A DNA stretch of 64,000 nucleotides from Candidatus Eiseniibacteriota bacterium (GTDB lineage: Bacteria > Eisenbacteria > RBG-16-71-46), in NCBI GenBank assembly GCA_963776245.1, contig CAVZLN010000009.1, positions 224,426 to 288,425 on the forward strand. Reading direction: 5' to 3'. A model generated the notes under the pieces. That model was not told the DNA's origin and ran no database searches. It worked only from the letters and a program-made list of their open reading frames with translations. This document shows positions 36,966 through 46,648 of this stretch, piece by piece; position 1 is the first letter of the stretch; each line of letters begins with the position of its first letter. Made by a program: the position numbers and the translations under genes.

Positions 36966-39962
36966 CTACGCGGCTTTCAGGATCTGGCCGAGGCGGCGGA
37001 CGTATTGCTCGGTGTGCTCGACCTCGGCGACGGCGCGGGCGAGCAGCGAGGCGAGGTCATCGAGCTTCTCCTCCCGGCCGGCGCGTTCGAGGGACTCGAA
37101 AACGTCGCTGCAGAGCATGGCGCCGACGGTGGCGGACATGCCCCTCAGGCCGTGGGCCTCGAACTCGATGCGCCGCGCGTCCCGCAGCCGCACCGCCTCG
37201 GCGAGGCGGTCCATCTTGGGATGCACGTCGGCGAGGAAGGTCTGCAGCAGCGCGTCGCGCAACGAGGGGATGCCCATCGAGGATTCCTCGAGACGCGCGG
37301 AATCGATCGGCGGGATCGCCTCGGACTCGCCGTGGCCGAGACCGTCCGAGAGCGCGGCGCCGGTCCGTCCCTGGAGGGCCTGCACGTCGGTCGCGTCGAG
37401 CACGCTCTGCACGGCGGGCGCGGGCGCTTCGACCAGCCGCAGCGGCGGCTCGCCGGGCGCGGGGGCGCCGGCCGCGACCGGTTCGGCATCTCCGCTCGCG
37501 GGGCGCGTCAGGCGCTCGACCATCTCGCACATCACCCCGAGGTCGATGGGCTTGGGCAGGTACTCGTCGACGCCGGTGTTCATCACGCGCTCGCGGTCGC
37601 CGGGCATGGTGAGCCCGGTCATCGCCACGATCGGCGTGCGCGCACCGCCGCGCTCGCGCGCGCGCAGCGCAGGCACCGCCTTGAAGCCGTCCATGTCGGG
37701 CAGGCACATGTCGAACAGGATCAGGTCGAAGCGCCGGCGCTCGCACGCCTGCAGCGCCTCGCCGGCCGTGGACGCCACCTCGACGCTGTAGCCCAGCCGA
37801 CGCAGCGCCATGTCGGTCACCAACTGGTTCACCCGGCTGTCCTCGACCACCAGCACGCGCACGCGATTGCGCCGCGCCTCGGCGATGCTGTGCCGCGTGA
37901 CGAGCGGCGGGGCGCCCTCACCCACGGCCGCCGGGCCGTGGGACAGCACGGCGACCAGCGCGTCGTAGAGTTCGGGCCACTGCACCGGCTTGAGGAGGTA
38001 CGCCGAGAATCCGCGCGACTGGGCGCGGGCCGCGTCGCCGCGGCTGCCCATGCTGGTGAGCAGCAGTGTGCGCGTGGCGTCGAGACGCTCGTCGCCGTGG
38101 ATCTGCCAGCCGAGGTTCTCGCCGTCGCCCGAGCCGAGGTGGCGCTCGATGAGCGCGATCTGGAACGGGTCGCCCTGCGTCGCGGCCTCGCGCAGTCGCG
38201 CGAGCGCCTCGTCGGCGCCATCGAGCGTCTCGACGCGGCAGCCCCACATGGCGAGGATCTCGGCGAGGGACTCGCGGCTGGCGCGCGAGGCGTCCGCCAC
38301 CAGCACGCGCTGCCCGCGCAGCACCACGTCCTCCGAGAGCTCCGGCAGGGCGTGCATCATCTGCTTGTGATAGGGCACGTTGAACCAGAACGTGCTCCCC
38401 TGCCCCGGGGCGCTCTCCACCCCCACCTCACCGCCCATCAGGGTGACCAGCTGGCGCGCGATCGAGAGCCCGAGCCCGCTGCCGCCGAAGCGGCGCGCGA
38501 TGCTGGGGTCGGTCTGCGAGAACGCTTCGAAGAGCATGCCCTGCGCGTCGGCCGGGATGCCGATGCCGGTGTCCACCACCGAGAAGCGGAGGGACACCCG
38601 GTCGTCGTCCTCGATCAGCCGGTCCACGCGCAGCGTCACCGAGCCCTGCTCGGTGAACTTGATCGCGTTCCCGCCGAGGTTGAGCAGCACCTGGCGCAGG
38701 CGACCGGGGTCGCCATGCAGCCGCGAGGGCACCTCGTGGTGCACCACGGCGTCGAGCTGCAGGCCCTTCTCGTTGGCCAGCGGGGCGAGCAGCGTCGCCA
38801 CCTCCTCGAAGGTCACGCGCAGATCGAAGTCGATGTGCTCGATCTCGAGCTTGCCGGCCTCGAGCCGCGAGAAATCGAGCGTGTCGTTGACCAGCGTGAG
38901 CAGGGCCTGGCTCGACTGGCGGATCACCTCCACCAGCCCGCGCTGCTCGTTGTCGAGCTCGGTCTCGAGCAGCAGGCGCGTCATGCCCATCACGCCGTTC
39001 ATCGGGGTGCGGAGCTCGTGGCTCATGGTCGCGAGGTGCTCGCCCTTCATCTGGGCCTGGGCGCGCGCGTCCTCGGTCTGGGCTGTGAGTTCGAGCACCT
39101 GGAGCCGCAGCACCTCGTGCTCGGCCGCCTGCCGCTCCCGCGCGGCGGTCGCCTGGGCGTCGTCGTTCGCCGACGACGCGCGCGCCGCGGCCCGCGCGGT
39201 CTCGAGTTCCTCGCCCAGCTCGCGCACCCGAAGCTCGAGCTCCTCCTCGCGCAGCGATGGCCCGCGCGGCGCGAACGCCGCCCGTGCCGCGGCCAGCTGC
39301 TCCTCGAGACGGCCCACCTCGCCGCGCAGCACGTCGCGCTCGGACGAGGCGTTGGACAGTTCGCGCAGCTGCTCCCGCAGCCGGTCCAGCTCGACCGTGT
39401 CCACCGAAGCCTGTTCGAGCGCGAAGCGCAGGGTCTGGGCCTCGGCGGCCTCCGACTCGAGCGCGTGAAGGCGGGCGACCAGCTCGGCATCGTGTTCCGA
39501 CAGCACCACCGCGCCCGGCTCGTGCGCGTCGTCCGGGGCCGCGTCGTGCGCCGGGCGGGCGCTCTCGGCGTCGATCGCGTGCGCCACCCCCACGAAGGCG
39601 AAGTCGCCGTCCATGCGCTCGAAGCCCCGCACCACGGCGTGCACCCGCGCGGTGCCGCCATCCGCGCGCTGCACCTCAAGCGTGCGCGTCGTGATCTCCT
39701 GGCGACGGTCGCGCTGCTTGAGGTAGTGACGCACGGTATGCGCGCGATCGGAGGCGGCGAGCACTTCGGTGACGTGGCGGCCGAGCAGGTCGGACGCCCG
39801 GACGCCCACGAGGATGGCGAGCGCGGGGTTCAGCCACTGGAAGCGGCCGTCCGCGTCGCAGGCGAAGAGGATCTCGGGGGCGGCATCCAGCATCTCGCGC
39901 AGCCCGATGGGCGCGAAGCCGGTGAGTCCCGCGGGACGTGGAGCCATGGAATGCTCGCTCAT
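36966..39962 (-). CDS. Cytoplasmic hybrid histidine kinase (PAS, coiled coil, HisKA, HATPase, 2 REC, Hpt)
   Basis: MSHELRTPMNG, NAIKFT, DTGIG, GGSGLGL; Hpt AHGLRGMSATVGA. Confidence 0.93.
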   Translation of the reverse strand: MSEHSMAPRPAGLTGFAPIGLREMLDAAPEILFACDADGRFQWLNPALAILVGVRASDLLGRHVTEVLAASDRAHTVRHYLKQRDRRQEITTRTLEVQRADGGTARVHAVVRGFERMDGDFAFVGVAHAIDAESARPAHDAAPDDAHEPGAVVLSEHDAELVARLHALESEAAEAQTLRFALEQASVDTVELDRLREQLRELSNASSERDVLRGEVGRLEEQLAAARAAFAPRGPSLREEELELRVRELGEELETARAAARASSANDDAQATAARERQAAEHEVLRLQVLELTAQTEDARAQAQMKGEHLATMSHELRTPMNGVMGMTRLLLETELDNEQRGLVEVIRQSSQALLTLVNDTLDFSRLEAGKLEIEHIDFDLRVTFEEVATLLAPLANEKGLQLDAVVHHEVPSRLHGDPGRLRQVLLNLGGNAIKFTEQGSVTLRVDRLIEDDDRVSLRFSVVDTGIGIPADAQGMLFEAFSQTDPSIARRFGGSGLGLSIARQLVTLMGGEVGVESAPGQGSTFWFNVPYHKQMMHALPELSEDVVLRGQRVLVADASRASRESLAEILAMWGCRVETLDGADEALARLREAATQGDPFQIALIERHLGSGDGENLGWQIHGDERLDATRTLLLTSMGSRGDAARAQSRGFSAYLLKPVQWPELYDALVAVLSHGPAAVGEGAPPLVTRHSIAEARRNRVRVLVVEDSRVNQLVTDMALRRLGYSVEVASTAGEALQACERRRFDLILFDMCLPDMDGFKAVPALRARERGGARTPIVAMTGLTMPGDRERVMNTGVDEYLPKPIDLGVMCEMVERLTRPASGDAEPVAAGAPAPGEPPLRLVEAPAPAVQSVLDATDVQALQGRTGAALSDGLGHGESEAIPPIDSARLEESSMGIPSLRDALLQTFLADVHPKMDRLAEAVRLRDARRIEFEAHGLRGMSATVGAMLCSDVFESLERAGREEKLDDLASLLARAVAEVEHTEQYVRRLGQILKAA

Positions 39963-40089
39963 GTGTGCCTCGCGAGGGGACGAGAGGACGAAGGTCGTGC
40001 CCGGGCGGAACGCCATCCGGGGCGGTTCGAGACAGGTTTCGGCGCTGTGGCGCACGGACTTGAGCGCGGAGTGGAACCTGCCCCGAAAG

Positions 40090-40126
40090 CCTGAAGGGCC
40101 GGCGGTGTTCCCGCCGGCCCTTCAGG
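40090..40126 (-). terminator. Intrinsic terminator hairpin
   Basis: CCTGAAGGGCCGGCGG-N5-CCGCCGGCCCTTCAGG, 16-bp perfect stem just after the 40148 stop. Confidence 0.75.
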
Positions 40127-40147
40127 TCGACCCGCTGCAGACGCCGG

Positions 40148-42262
40148 TCAGTGCAGCCGCACCAGCCGCTCGGTGCGCTCGCCCCAGGGCGTCACGAGCC
40201 TCACGAAGTAGAGCCCCGCCCCCACCGAGCCGCCATCGGAGGCGCGACCGTCCCAGGCCAACTGGTGGCTGCCGGCCGTCATCACTCCCGCGGACTGCCA
40301 CAGGCGGCGCCCGCTCAGGTCGATGATCTCGAGCCGGACGTGGCCCTCGCGCGGCAGCGAGAAGCGCATCTGCGCGGCTCCCGCGCTCGGGTTGGGCGCC
40401 GGCCGGGCCAGGGCGAGCACCGCCGGCCCTCCGAGGTCCGCCGCGGTGACCGAGGTGCCGATGCGGAACAGGCTGTCGCTGCGATCGCTGGTCGCGTTGA
40501 GCCCATGGTCGAACGCGGTGACCCGGACCATCGCGCTGTCGCTGTCGATCCCCGGGAGTGTCCACGGGAAGGTCCCCGAGTTGGCGAGACCGTGCGCGAT
40601 GGAGAGCCACGGGCCGGCCGGCCCGGTGATGGAGTAATCCACGTTCACGGAGTCCACGCCCACGTTGTCGGTGGCGGTCCAGGTGATGTCATGCAGACTC
40701 GCCTGGGGCCACCGTTCACCGCCGACGGGCGCCGTGAGCGTCACCAGCGGGGCGGTCAGGTCGAGGAACGCGGCGGCGATGGTGTGATGCGCGATCACGT
40801 TGGTGAAGGGATAGGTCGTGACCGCCCCCACCGACACGCCGTCCACCAGCACGTCGGCGATCTGGCAGCCCGCGGCCGGCGCGATCGCGAAGCTCTGGCT
40901 CGCGCCCTGGACCGCCTGCACCACGCCGCCCGGGGTGATAGTCCCGCCCGCGCCCGCCGACGTCGCCAGGGTCCAGAAGTCGATGACGAAACTGGTCAGG
41001 CTCGAATCCGCGCCGAGGTTGCCGGCGGCGTCGCGGGCGCGCACGCGGACGCGTCCGGCCGTGGTGCCCAGCGACGGCACGGTCCAGGCGTAGGCACCCG
41101 AATTGGAGATGCCCGAAGCGACCGGGGTCCACACCGCACCGCCGTCCGCCGACCAGGCCAGATCCACCGTGGTCACGCCCACGTTGTCGGTGGCGGTCCA
41201 CGCGATCGAGTGCGACGAGCCCGCCTTCCACGCCTCTCCGCCGTCGGGTGACATGAGCGTCGCCACCGGCGCGATGCCGTCCGAGACCGGGGTGCCCGAA
41301 TTGATGAACGTGTCGGTGAATCCGTTCCCGCGCACCGTGTCCACGCCCGCCGGCTCCCAGGTGGCCGAGATGACGATCTGTCCGTTCGACACCTTGTCCC
41401 AGCCCGCGAGCGGAGTGGCGCCGGTGCCGGTCTCGGTCCAGTACGTCTTCACGTTCGCGGTGTGCAGGCGCCCGACCGCGGCGGCGGTCGGATGTCCGTA
41501 CGAATTGCCGTTGCCGCACGAGATCACGCCGAGCTTGGGCTGGATCGCGGCCAGCAGGGTGGCGTTGCTCGAGGTGGCCGAGCCGTGATGGTGCACCTTG
41601 TACACCTCGATCTGGCCGATCGAAGGGGCGACGATGCTCTCGATGTCGTGGTAGCTGCCGGAATTCGCCCCGCCGATGTCGCCGCCGAACAACTCGTCGT
41701 ACTCGCCGTACTTGACCTTGAGCACCGTGCACAAAGTGTTCTCGTCAGTGGTGACCACCCCGGCGCCGTTCAGGTCCACGCATGTGATGGTGACCGGGTG
41801 GGCCGAGAGCGAGTCGAGCATGATGACCTGGCCCTTCACCAGCGTGCGGCGCTTGGACCCCAGCGTGCTGACATAGGTGGTGTACGTCCCGGTGGTGTAG
41901 GACCCCCCGCGGTCCCAGCCGTACCCGAACGTGATGCCGGCGGCCGCGATCGCTCCCATGTTGCCGATGTGGTCCGCGTGGTAGTGGCTGGCGAAGTGGT
42001 AGTCCACGTGCGTCACGCCCAGCGCGAGGAGTTGGTTGACGACCGAGACGCCCATCGCCGGCGTGACCCCGGACGGCCCCTCGTCGATGAGCACGACCTG
42101 CCCGAGCGGGCTGATGAGCAGCGCGCCGTCGCCCTGGCCGACGTCCAGGTGGATGATCTGGAGGCGGCCGTTGGGAGTGACCGCGGCGGCGGCGGGCCAA
42201 GCCAGGAGGCAAGCGAGGAGCAGCGCGAAGCTGGCGGCACGCAGCCGTCGAGTCGGGGGCAT
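40148..42262 (-). CDS. Secreted ComEC/Rec2-like metallo-beta-lactamase-fold hydrolase with Ig-like repeats and FlgD-Ig CTD
   Basis: HLDVGQGD, SHYHADH, KVHHHGS, NSYGHP; two WTATDNVGV repeats; PNPS...WDGR...GLYFVRL. Confidence 0.88.
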   Translation of the reverse strand: MPPTRRLRAASFALLLACLLAWPAAAAVTPNGRLQIIHLDVGQGDGALLISPLGQVVLIDEGPSGVTPAMGVSVVNQLLALGVTHVDYHFASHYHADHIGNMGAIAAAGITFGYGWDRGGSYTTGTYTTYVSTLGSKRRTLVKGQVIMLDSLSAHPVTITCVDLNGAGVVTTDENTLCTVLKVKYGEYDELFGGDIGGANSGSYHDIESIVAPSIGQIEVYKVHHHGSATSSNATLLAAIQPKLGVISCGNGNSYGHPTAAAVGRLHTANVKTYWTETGTGATPLAGWDKVSNGQIVISATWEPAGVDTVRGNGFTDTFINSGTPVSDGIAPVATLMSPDGGEAWKAGSSHSIAWTATDNVGVTTVDLAWSADGGAVWTPVASGISNSGAYAWTVPSLGTTAGRVRVRARDAAGNLGADSSLTSFVIDFWTLATSAGAGGTITPGGVVQAVQGASQSFAIAPAAGCQIADVLVDGVSVGAVTTYPFTNVIAHHTIAAAFLDLTAPLVTLTAPVGGERWPQASLHDITWTATDNVGVDSVNVDYSITGPAGPWLSIAHGLANSGTFPWTLPGIDSDSAMVRVTAFDHGLNATSDRSDSLFRIGTSVTAADLGGPAVLALARPAPNPSAGAAQMRFSLPREGHVRLEIIDLSGRRLWQSAGVMTAGSHQLAWDGRASDGGSVGAGLYFVRLVTPWGERTERLVRLH

Positions 42263-42440
42263 CGGATCTCCGGGGTTCCGGAGACGCCTCGGGGGCGCTT
42301 ACGGGACCTTCGGGGGTTCGGGGCCTCGCCCATCATCGCTTGACGGCGAGTCGGCATGCCCCGCACATGACAAGATGTTACCGCCGGATATGCCCGGGGT
42401 CCAGCGGTCGCTCGGGGCGGCGGACCTACGGGCCGATGGG

Positions 42441-42481
42441 ACATAGAAGAAGGGCTCCGGTCCATCACTGGACCGGAGCCC
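42441..42481 (-). terminator. Intrinsic terminator
   Basis: GGGCTCCGGTCCA-gtga-TGGACCGGAGCCC followed by TTCTTCT on minus. Confidence 0.75.
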
Positions 42482-42712
42482 GAGACATTCGGTTTCGATG
42501 ACGCTGGGTTTCCCCGCTTCGGGGATACGCCGGCACGTCACTGCCCCCGGAGGTCCCCTACGAGGACGTCACCTCCACCGAACCCAACTGGCTACAGTCC
42601 AATGGATCACCTCCTTTTCGGGGCCTACCAGCGACGGAGGGACCCAACCCTCCCAGTCCCATGAGCCGCCCCAGCCTGCGGGACCGCGCGCGGTGTGCCG
42701 CGCGAGCGAACT
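42445..42712 (-). ncRNA. Putative structured small RNA or small-ORF transcript
   Basis: Bounded by a TTGACA-N17-CAGACT promoter and a terminator; several hairpins; AAAAGGAGGTGATCC. Confidence 0.55.
42558..42602 (-). CDS. Putative 14-aa peptide MDCSQLGSVEVTSS (TTG start)
   Basis: GGAGG-N7-TTG within a perfect extended SD; TAG at 42558. Confidence 0.4.
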   Translation of the reverse strand: MDCSQLGSVEVTSS

Positions 42713-42718
42713 GAGGAC

Positions 42719-42747
42719 AGTCTGTGGCGAGTCGCCGCGGCTGTCAA
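42719..42747 (-). promoter_or_regulatory. sigma70-type promoter
   Basis: TTGACA-N17-CAGACT. Confidence 0.6.
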
Positions 42748-42838
42748 CGGAAACGTGTAGCCTGCGCGCGGCCGAAGAAGGAGACGTGGACCTGCGGGTG
42801 GCTGACGTGAGGAGGCGGACATCTCCAGACCGATTTCC

Positions 42839-44452
42839 ATGAGCCGACCGCGACGCGTCCTCGAACGCGGCTCGCCGAGTCGGCGAGGCATCGCCCTCAC
42901 GCTGCTCGCCCTCGCCGTCCTGCTCCACGCCGCGCTGCTGTGGCGGGTGGGCGCGCACCGGGTCGATCTGGAGCACGACTCGACGATCAGCGTTCTCGCC
43001 GCCACCGGGCACGAGGGTGACTACGCACGATTGCGGCTGGGTTCCTGGCCGGTCGCGTCGGAGATCCAGCGTCTGTTCCGGGTGGACGACGCATGGCCGC
43101 TGCGCCGCATCCGGGACGATCTGGCGCGCCACGACGTCCATCCGCCGCTGTACTTCTGGCTGCTCCACGCCCAGTTCCTCGCCACCGGGGCGACGCCGTG
43201 GGCTTCCCTCGTCCTGAACGGCATCCTCGACCTGCTCACGCTGCTCACGATGTACTCGATCGGACGGCGGCTCTGGGACGAGGAGAGCGCCGCCGCCGCC
43301 GCGATCCTCTGGGCGGTGAGTGACGGGGCCTTCCTCACCGCGGCCGAGGCCCGGCCGTACGCGCTCCTCGCGCTCTTCGCGCTCCTGCTGGTCCGGCTCG
43401 CGCTCGCGGTGCGGGAACCAGGCCGCGGTCCTTCGCTCGCCCACGGGCTCCTGATGATCACCGTCATGGCGCTCGGCCTGCTGACCCACTTCCAGTTCGC
43501 GCTCATGATCGTCGCGGTGGGCACCGCCCCGTGGTGGCGGGTGGCCGGCGTCACGCGCGCGCGATGGCTGACGCTCCTCGCTCTCCCCCTCATCTCCTTC
43601 GGGATCTTCGCGGTCCTCGATCCCGGGTTCCTCGCCTCCTGGCGGCGGCTGGGGCTGCAGGCGCAGGTCTTCGCATGGAACGACGTCGTGCCCCGGCTGA
43701 GACACTTCCTCATCGGACTCGAGGGTCTGGCTCGGCCCGCGCACCCCGGGCCGTGGCTCGCGGGGTCGGGCGCTCTGCTCCTGGCGTGGTTCGCGTGGCG
43801 AGCGCGCCGCGAAAGTGCGAGGCAGGTGCTGACGGATGTCGGGGATCGGCTGCGCGGGATGTCGCCCGCGGCCGGACTTCTCACGTGGACAGCGCTTTCG
43901 TGCGCAGCGCTCGAAGGGCTGCTGTACGTGGCGCACGTCTCCCCCGCACACGCGGCCGGAGGACGTTACAACGCGATGCTCTGGCCATTGTTCGCCCTGC
44001 TCTGCGCCGGCGCGGCCGGCGGCTTGCGGCTCCCCCGCGCGGCGGTCCCTGCTCTGGCGCTGGTGGTCTTCCTCGTGTCCTACTCGGAGGCGAGCAAGAT
44101 GGACGCGGAGCAGCGGAGCCTCGCCGGTTCCCGCGCGTGGCAGGCACTCTCCTCCGCACGGGCGCTGGTGGCGGATCACGGCCAGCGTGGAGTCCTTCCC
44201 CGCACCGTGCTGAGGATACCGGCAGACACACCGGTGTTCATCGTCGCGGGTCCCACCGACATCGGATCTCTGCCGGGCGGGTCGGGGAAGAACGGCGTCC
44301 CTGTCACCTTCGTGCTGAATCGCGAGTTCGGGGACGTCTCCGTCCGTCGTGGATTGGACAGCGCGGGGGTCGCTGGGGACACGGTCGAATCGATGGGCCT
44401 GGTCCCCGGCGGCACCGAGGTCGTGGTCTGGACGCCTCGGCGACCACGCTGA
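42839..44452 (+). CDS. GT-C (GT39/ArnT-PMT-like) membrane glycosyltransferase
   Basis: HDVHPPLYFWLL, EARPYAL, GLLTHF; multi-TM. Confidence 0.8.
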   Translation: MSRPRRVLERGSPSRRGIALTLLALAVLLHAALLWRVGAHRVDLEHDSTISVLAATGHEGDYARLRLGSWPVASEIQRLFRVDDAWPLRRIRDDLARHDVHPPLYFWLLHAQFLATGATPWASLVLNGILDLLTLLTMYSIGRRLWDEESAAAAAILWAVSDGAFLTAAEARPYALLALFALLLVRLALAVREPGRGPSLAHGLLMITVMALGLLTHFQFALMIVAVGTAPWWRVAGVTRARWLTLLALPLISFGIFAVLDPGFLASWRRLGLQAQVFAWNDVVPRLRHFLIGLEGLARPAHPGPWLAGSGALLLAWFAWRARRESARQVLTDVGDRLRGMSPAAGLLTWTALSCAALEGLLYVAHVSPAHAAGGRYNAMLWPLFALLCAGAAGGLRLPRAAVPALALVVFLVSYSEASKMDAEQRSLAGSRAWQALSSARALVADHGQRGVLPRTVLRIPADTPVFIVAGPTDIGSLPGGSGKNGVPVTFVLNREFGDVSVRRGLDSAGVAGDTVESMGLVPGGTEVVVWTPRRPR

Positions 44453-44772
44453 CCCGCCGACCGCCCGCGCGCACCGAGACTACTTTCCGAGAGCTCGGAC
44501 CCGGACCGCCCGAACGAACCGACTAGTCCTTGACGAGGGTCCTTCCCGGGTGGAGCATCCCGCCGCTCAGAAGAGGTGACCCCGTGTGGCCCGCATCGCC
44601 CCCCTGGGCGCTCGACCTCCCCGCGGTCACCCGCACCAGCTTCCCCATCGTGCCGAGGTCATCCGTCGTGCCGCGAGCGCCCCCCGCCTGCCGGTCGATC
44701 CGTCGCGTGCGATCCGCCGCGACACCGCCAACCTCACCCACGCGCACTCGTGCGCTCGATGGAGGACCTCCC

Positions 44773-45576
44773 ATGGTCAAGAGACTCTCACTGCTTCATG
44801 CCTTCGCCTTCGCCGGACTCGCCCTCGCGGGCAGCGTGTCCATCGCCGCCGCGGTTCCGGTGAGCCCGCCCGAGATCAGCTGGCAGATGGTCGGGACCGA
44901 CGTGGTCCGCTTCCAGCTGCACTTCGTCAATGCCGATCCCCTGGAGCCGACGCTCGATGTCTCGGGGTCGATGTATTCGCAGGAGTTCGGCGCATTCCTG
45001 CCTCACTACGGGCACATCGGCGACTTCAACGTGCCGCCGATGCAGCCGAACAGCTTCTTCGATGTGTTCTTCGACGTCCCGCTGAGTTCGCTGCCCCCGA
45101 GCCCGGGCGGCGGACCTGTTCAGGGCCTTCGCGCGACTCAGCTCGGGCCCTGCCCGCCGCCGGTCTGGATCGGCAATGTGGACGTGAACTGGTTCGGCCC
45201 CGGCGGAGTGGGCCAGGTCGGCAGGCACTTCGGCGATATCGGGGTGTGCCCGGGCGGACCACCCAGCTGCCTGCACCTGATCACCATGTGCCCCGGGACC
45301 ACGACGTGGGCGTTCGTCAACAACTGTGCGGGCTGGAACGTCACGTTGGAGAACGAGGACCACACCCCGGCGCCGGCCATCCTGCCGGCGAGCTGGACCG
45401 GCTGGATCTGCATCACGGCGGACGGCACCGTGCCAGTGAACGCCCAGTGCTGCTTCCAGCTGAACCTCGTCTGCGGAGGAGCGCCCGCCACCATCGACGT
45501 GTGCGCTTTCGCGTGCGAGTGCCCGACGCCGGCCGAGCGGGGGAGCTGGGGACGCATCAAGACCATGTACAGGTGA
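44773..45576 (+). CDS. Secreted Cys-rich protein with C-terminal SWGRIKTMYR tag
   Basis: GGAGG SD; signal peptide; 12 Cys in the C-terminal half; ends TPAERGSWGRIKTMYR*. Confidence 0.82.
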   Translation: MVKRLSLLHAFAFAGLALAGSVSIAAAVPVSPPEISWQMVGTDVVRFQLHFVNADPLEPTLDVSGSMYSQEFGAFLPHYGHIGDFNVPPMQPNSFFDVFFDVPLSSLPPSPGGGPVQGLRATQLGPCPPPVWIGNVDVNWFGPGGVGQVGRHFGDIGVCPGGPPSCLHLITMCPGTTTWAFVNNCAGWNVTLENEDHTPAPAILPASWTGWICITADGTVPVNAQCCFQLNLVCGGAPATIDVCAFACECPTPAERGSWGRIKTMYR

Positions 45577-45596
45577 TATGGAGTGACCCGTTCTCA

Positions 45597-45634
45597 ACGA
45601 CGGCCACCCCCTCATCCGTGGGGGTGGTCGTCGT
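45597..45634 (+). terminator. Hairpin terminator
   Basis: ACGACGGCCACCCCC-N8-GGGGGTGGTCGTCGT then CTTGT. Confidence 0.6.
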
Positions 45635-45727
45635 CTTGTGACCGCCGGGTTCGGCCCGCAGAGGATGCGGTACGCGACCGGGAGACCCGGCGGATTCCTG
45701 GGGACGGTCCGGCAAGATTGGCTTCAG

Positions 45728-45768
45728 GAACATCCTCAAACAGTAACAAACATGAATAAACGTTGACT
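45728..45768 (+). promoter_or_regulatory. Four 10-bp-phased direct repeats abutting a TTGACT -35
   Basis: GAACATCCTC AAACAGTAAC AAACATGAAT AAACGTTGAC. Confidence 0.6.
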
Positions 45769-45814
45769 TTCGTCCATCCGAGGCCGACCATGGTTTCGAA
45801 AGGAGGGACGCTCC

Positions 45815-46648
45815 ATGACATCGAACCCCACCCAGCCGATCACGTCCCGCGGCGCCGATTCGGGACTCGGATACTTCCTCACCCTGATCCTCAGCGACCG
45901 CGAGCGGTACTTCACCGAGGTGGCCGAGGCCGATGGCCTGCCCGCCAAGCTCTTCCACGCGCTGTGGACGTTGCTTGCGTTGTGCGCGCTCTACGGCGCG
46001 GCCGCAGGCGCGTACTCCGGTCCCGCGCAGGCCATCTCTGCCGCGATCAAGCTGCCGGTGCTGTTCCTCGGCACGCTGGCGATCTGCTTCCCCGGGTTCT
46101 TCGTCATCCAGGTGCTCGTCGGTTCGCGCCTGCGGCTGCAGCAGGTGCTGGCGCTCGTGCTCGGCGCGCTCTCGCTCAGCGCCATCGTGCTCGCCGCCGT
46201 CGTGCCCATCACCGCCTTCTTCCTCCTCACCGGGGCCAACTACTACTTCCTGACGCTGCTGCACGTCGTGATCGTGCTCGGCGCCGGGCTGGTCGGGATG
46301 GCCGTGCTCCACGAGGGGCTCGCGTTCGCGTGCGAGAAACGCGGCGTGTATCCGCGGAACGCGATGACCATCATGAAGGTGTGGGCGGTCCTGTTCGCGT
46401 TCGTCGGCATCCAGATGGCCTGGAACCTGCAGCCGTTCGTGGGCGATCGCGGCCAGGCCTTCCAGTTGTTCCGGCACAACGAGGGCAACTTCTACACCGC
46501 GGTCATCTACTCGCTGCAGAAGCTCTCGCACGGTGGGGCCGCGGGGCCCGCTGGCGCGCTGCCCGGGACGCCCCGGCGGGAGGTGCGCAGTCTGTTCGAC
46601 TCCAATCCGGGGGCGTGGCCCGAGAGCGGCCGGGTGACCGGACGATGA
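45815..46648 (+). CDS. Conserved 5-6 TM membrane protein of unknown function
   Basis: AAGGAGG SD; AIKLPVLFLGTLAICFP; WAVLFAFVGIQMAWNLQPFVG. Confidence 0.8.
   Translation: MTSNPTQPITSRGADSGLGYFLTLILSDRERYFTEVAEADGLPAKLFHALWTLLALCALYGAAAGAYSGPAQAISAAIKLPVLFLGTLAICFPGFFVIQVLVGSRLRLQQVLALVLGALSLSAIVLAAVVPITAFFLLTGANYYFLTLLHVVIVLGAGLVGMAVLHEGLAFACEKRGVYPRNAMTIMKVWAVLFAFVGIQMAWNLQPFVGDRGQAFQLFRHNEGNFYTAVIYSLQKLSHGGAAGPAGALPGTPRREVRSLFDSNPGAWPESGRVTGR

Noticed and set aside
40650..41205. Direct repeat CACGCCCACGTTGTCGGTGGCGGTCCA
   Set aside because: Encodes the duplicated WTATDNVGV protein domain
42604..42618. GGATCACCTCCTTT as a 16S rRNA 3' fragment
   Set aside because: No 16S sequence upstream and no ITS or 23S downstream; better read as an SD on the minus strand
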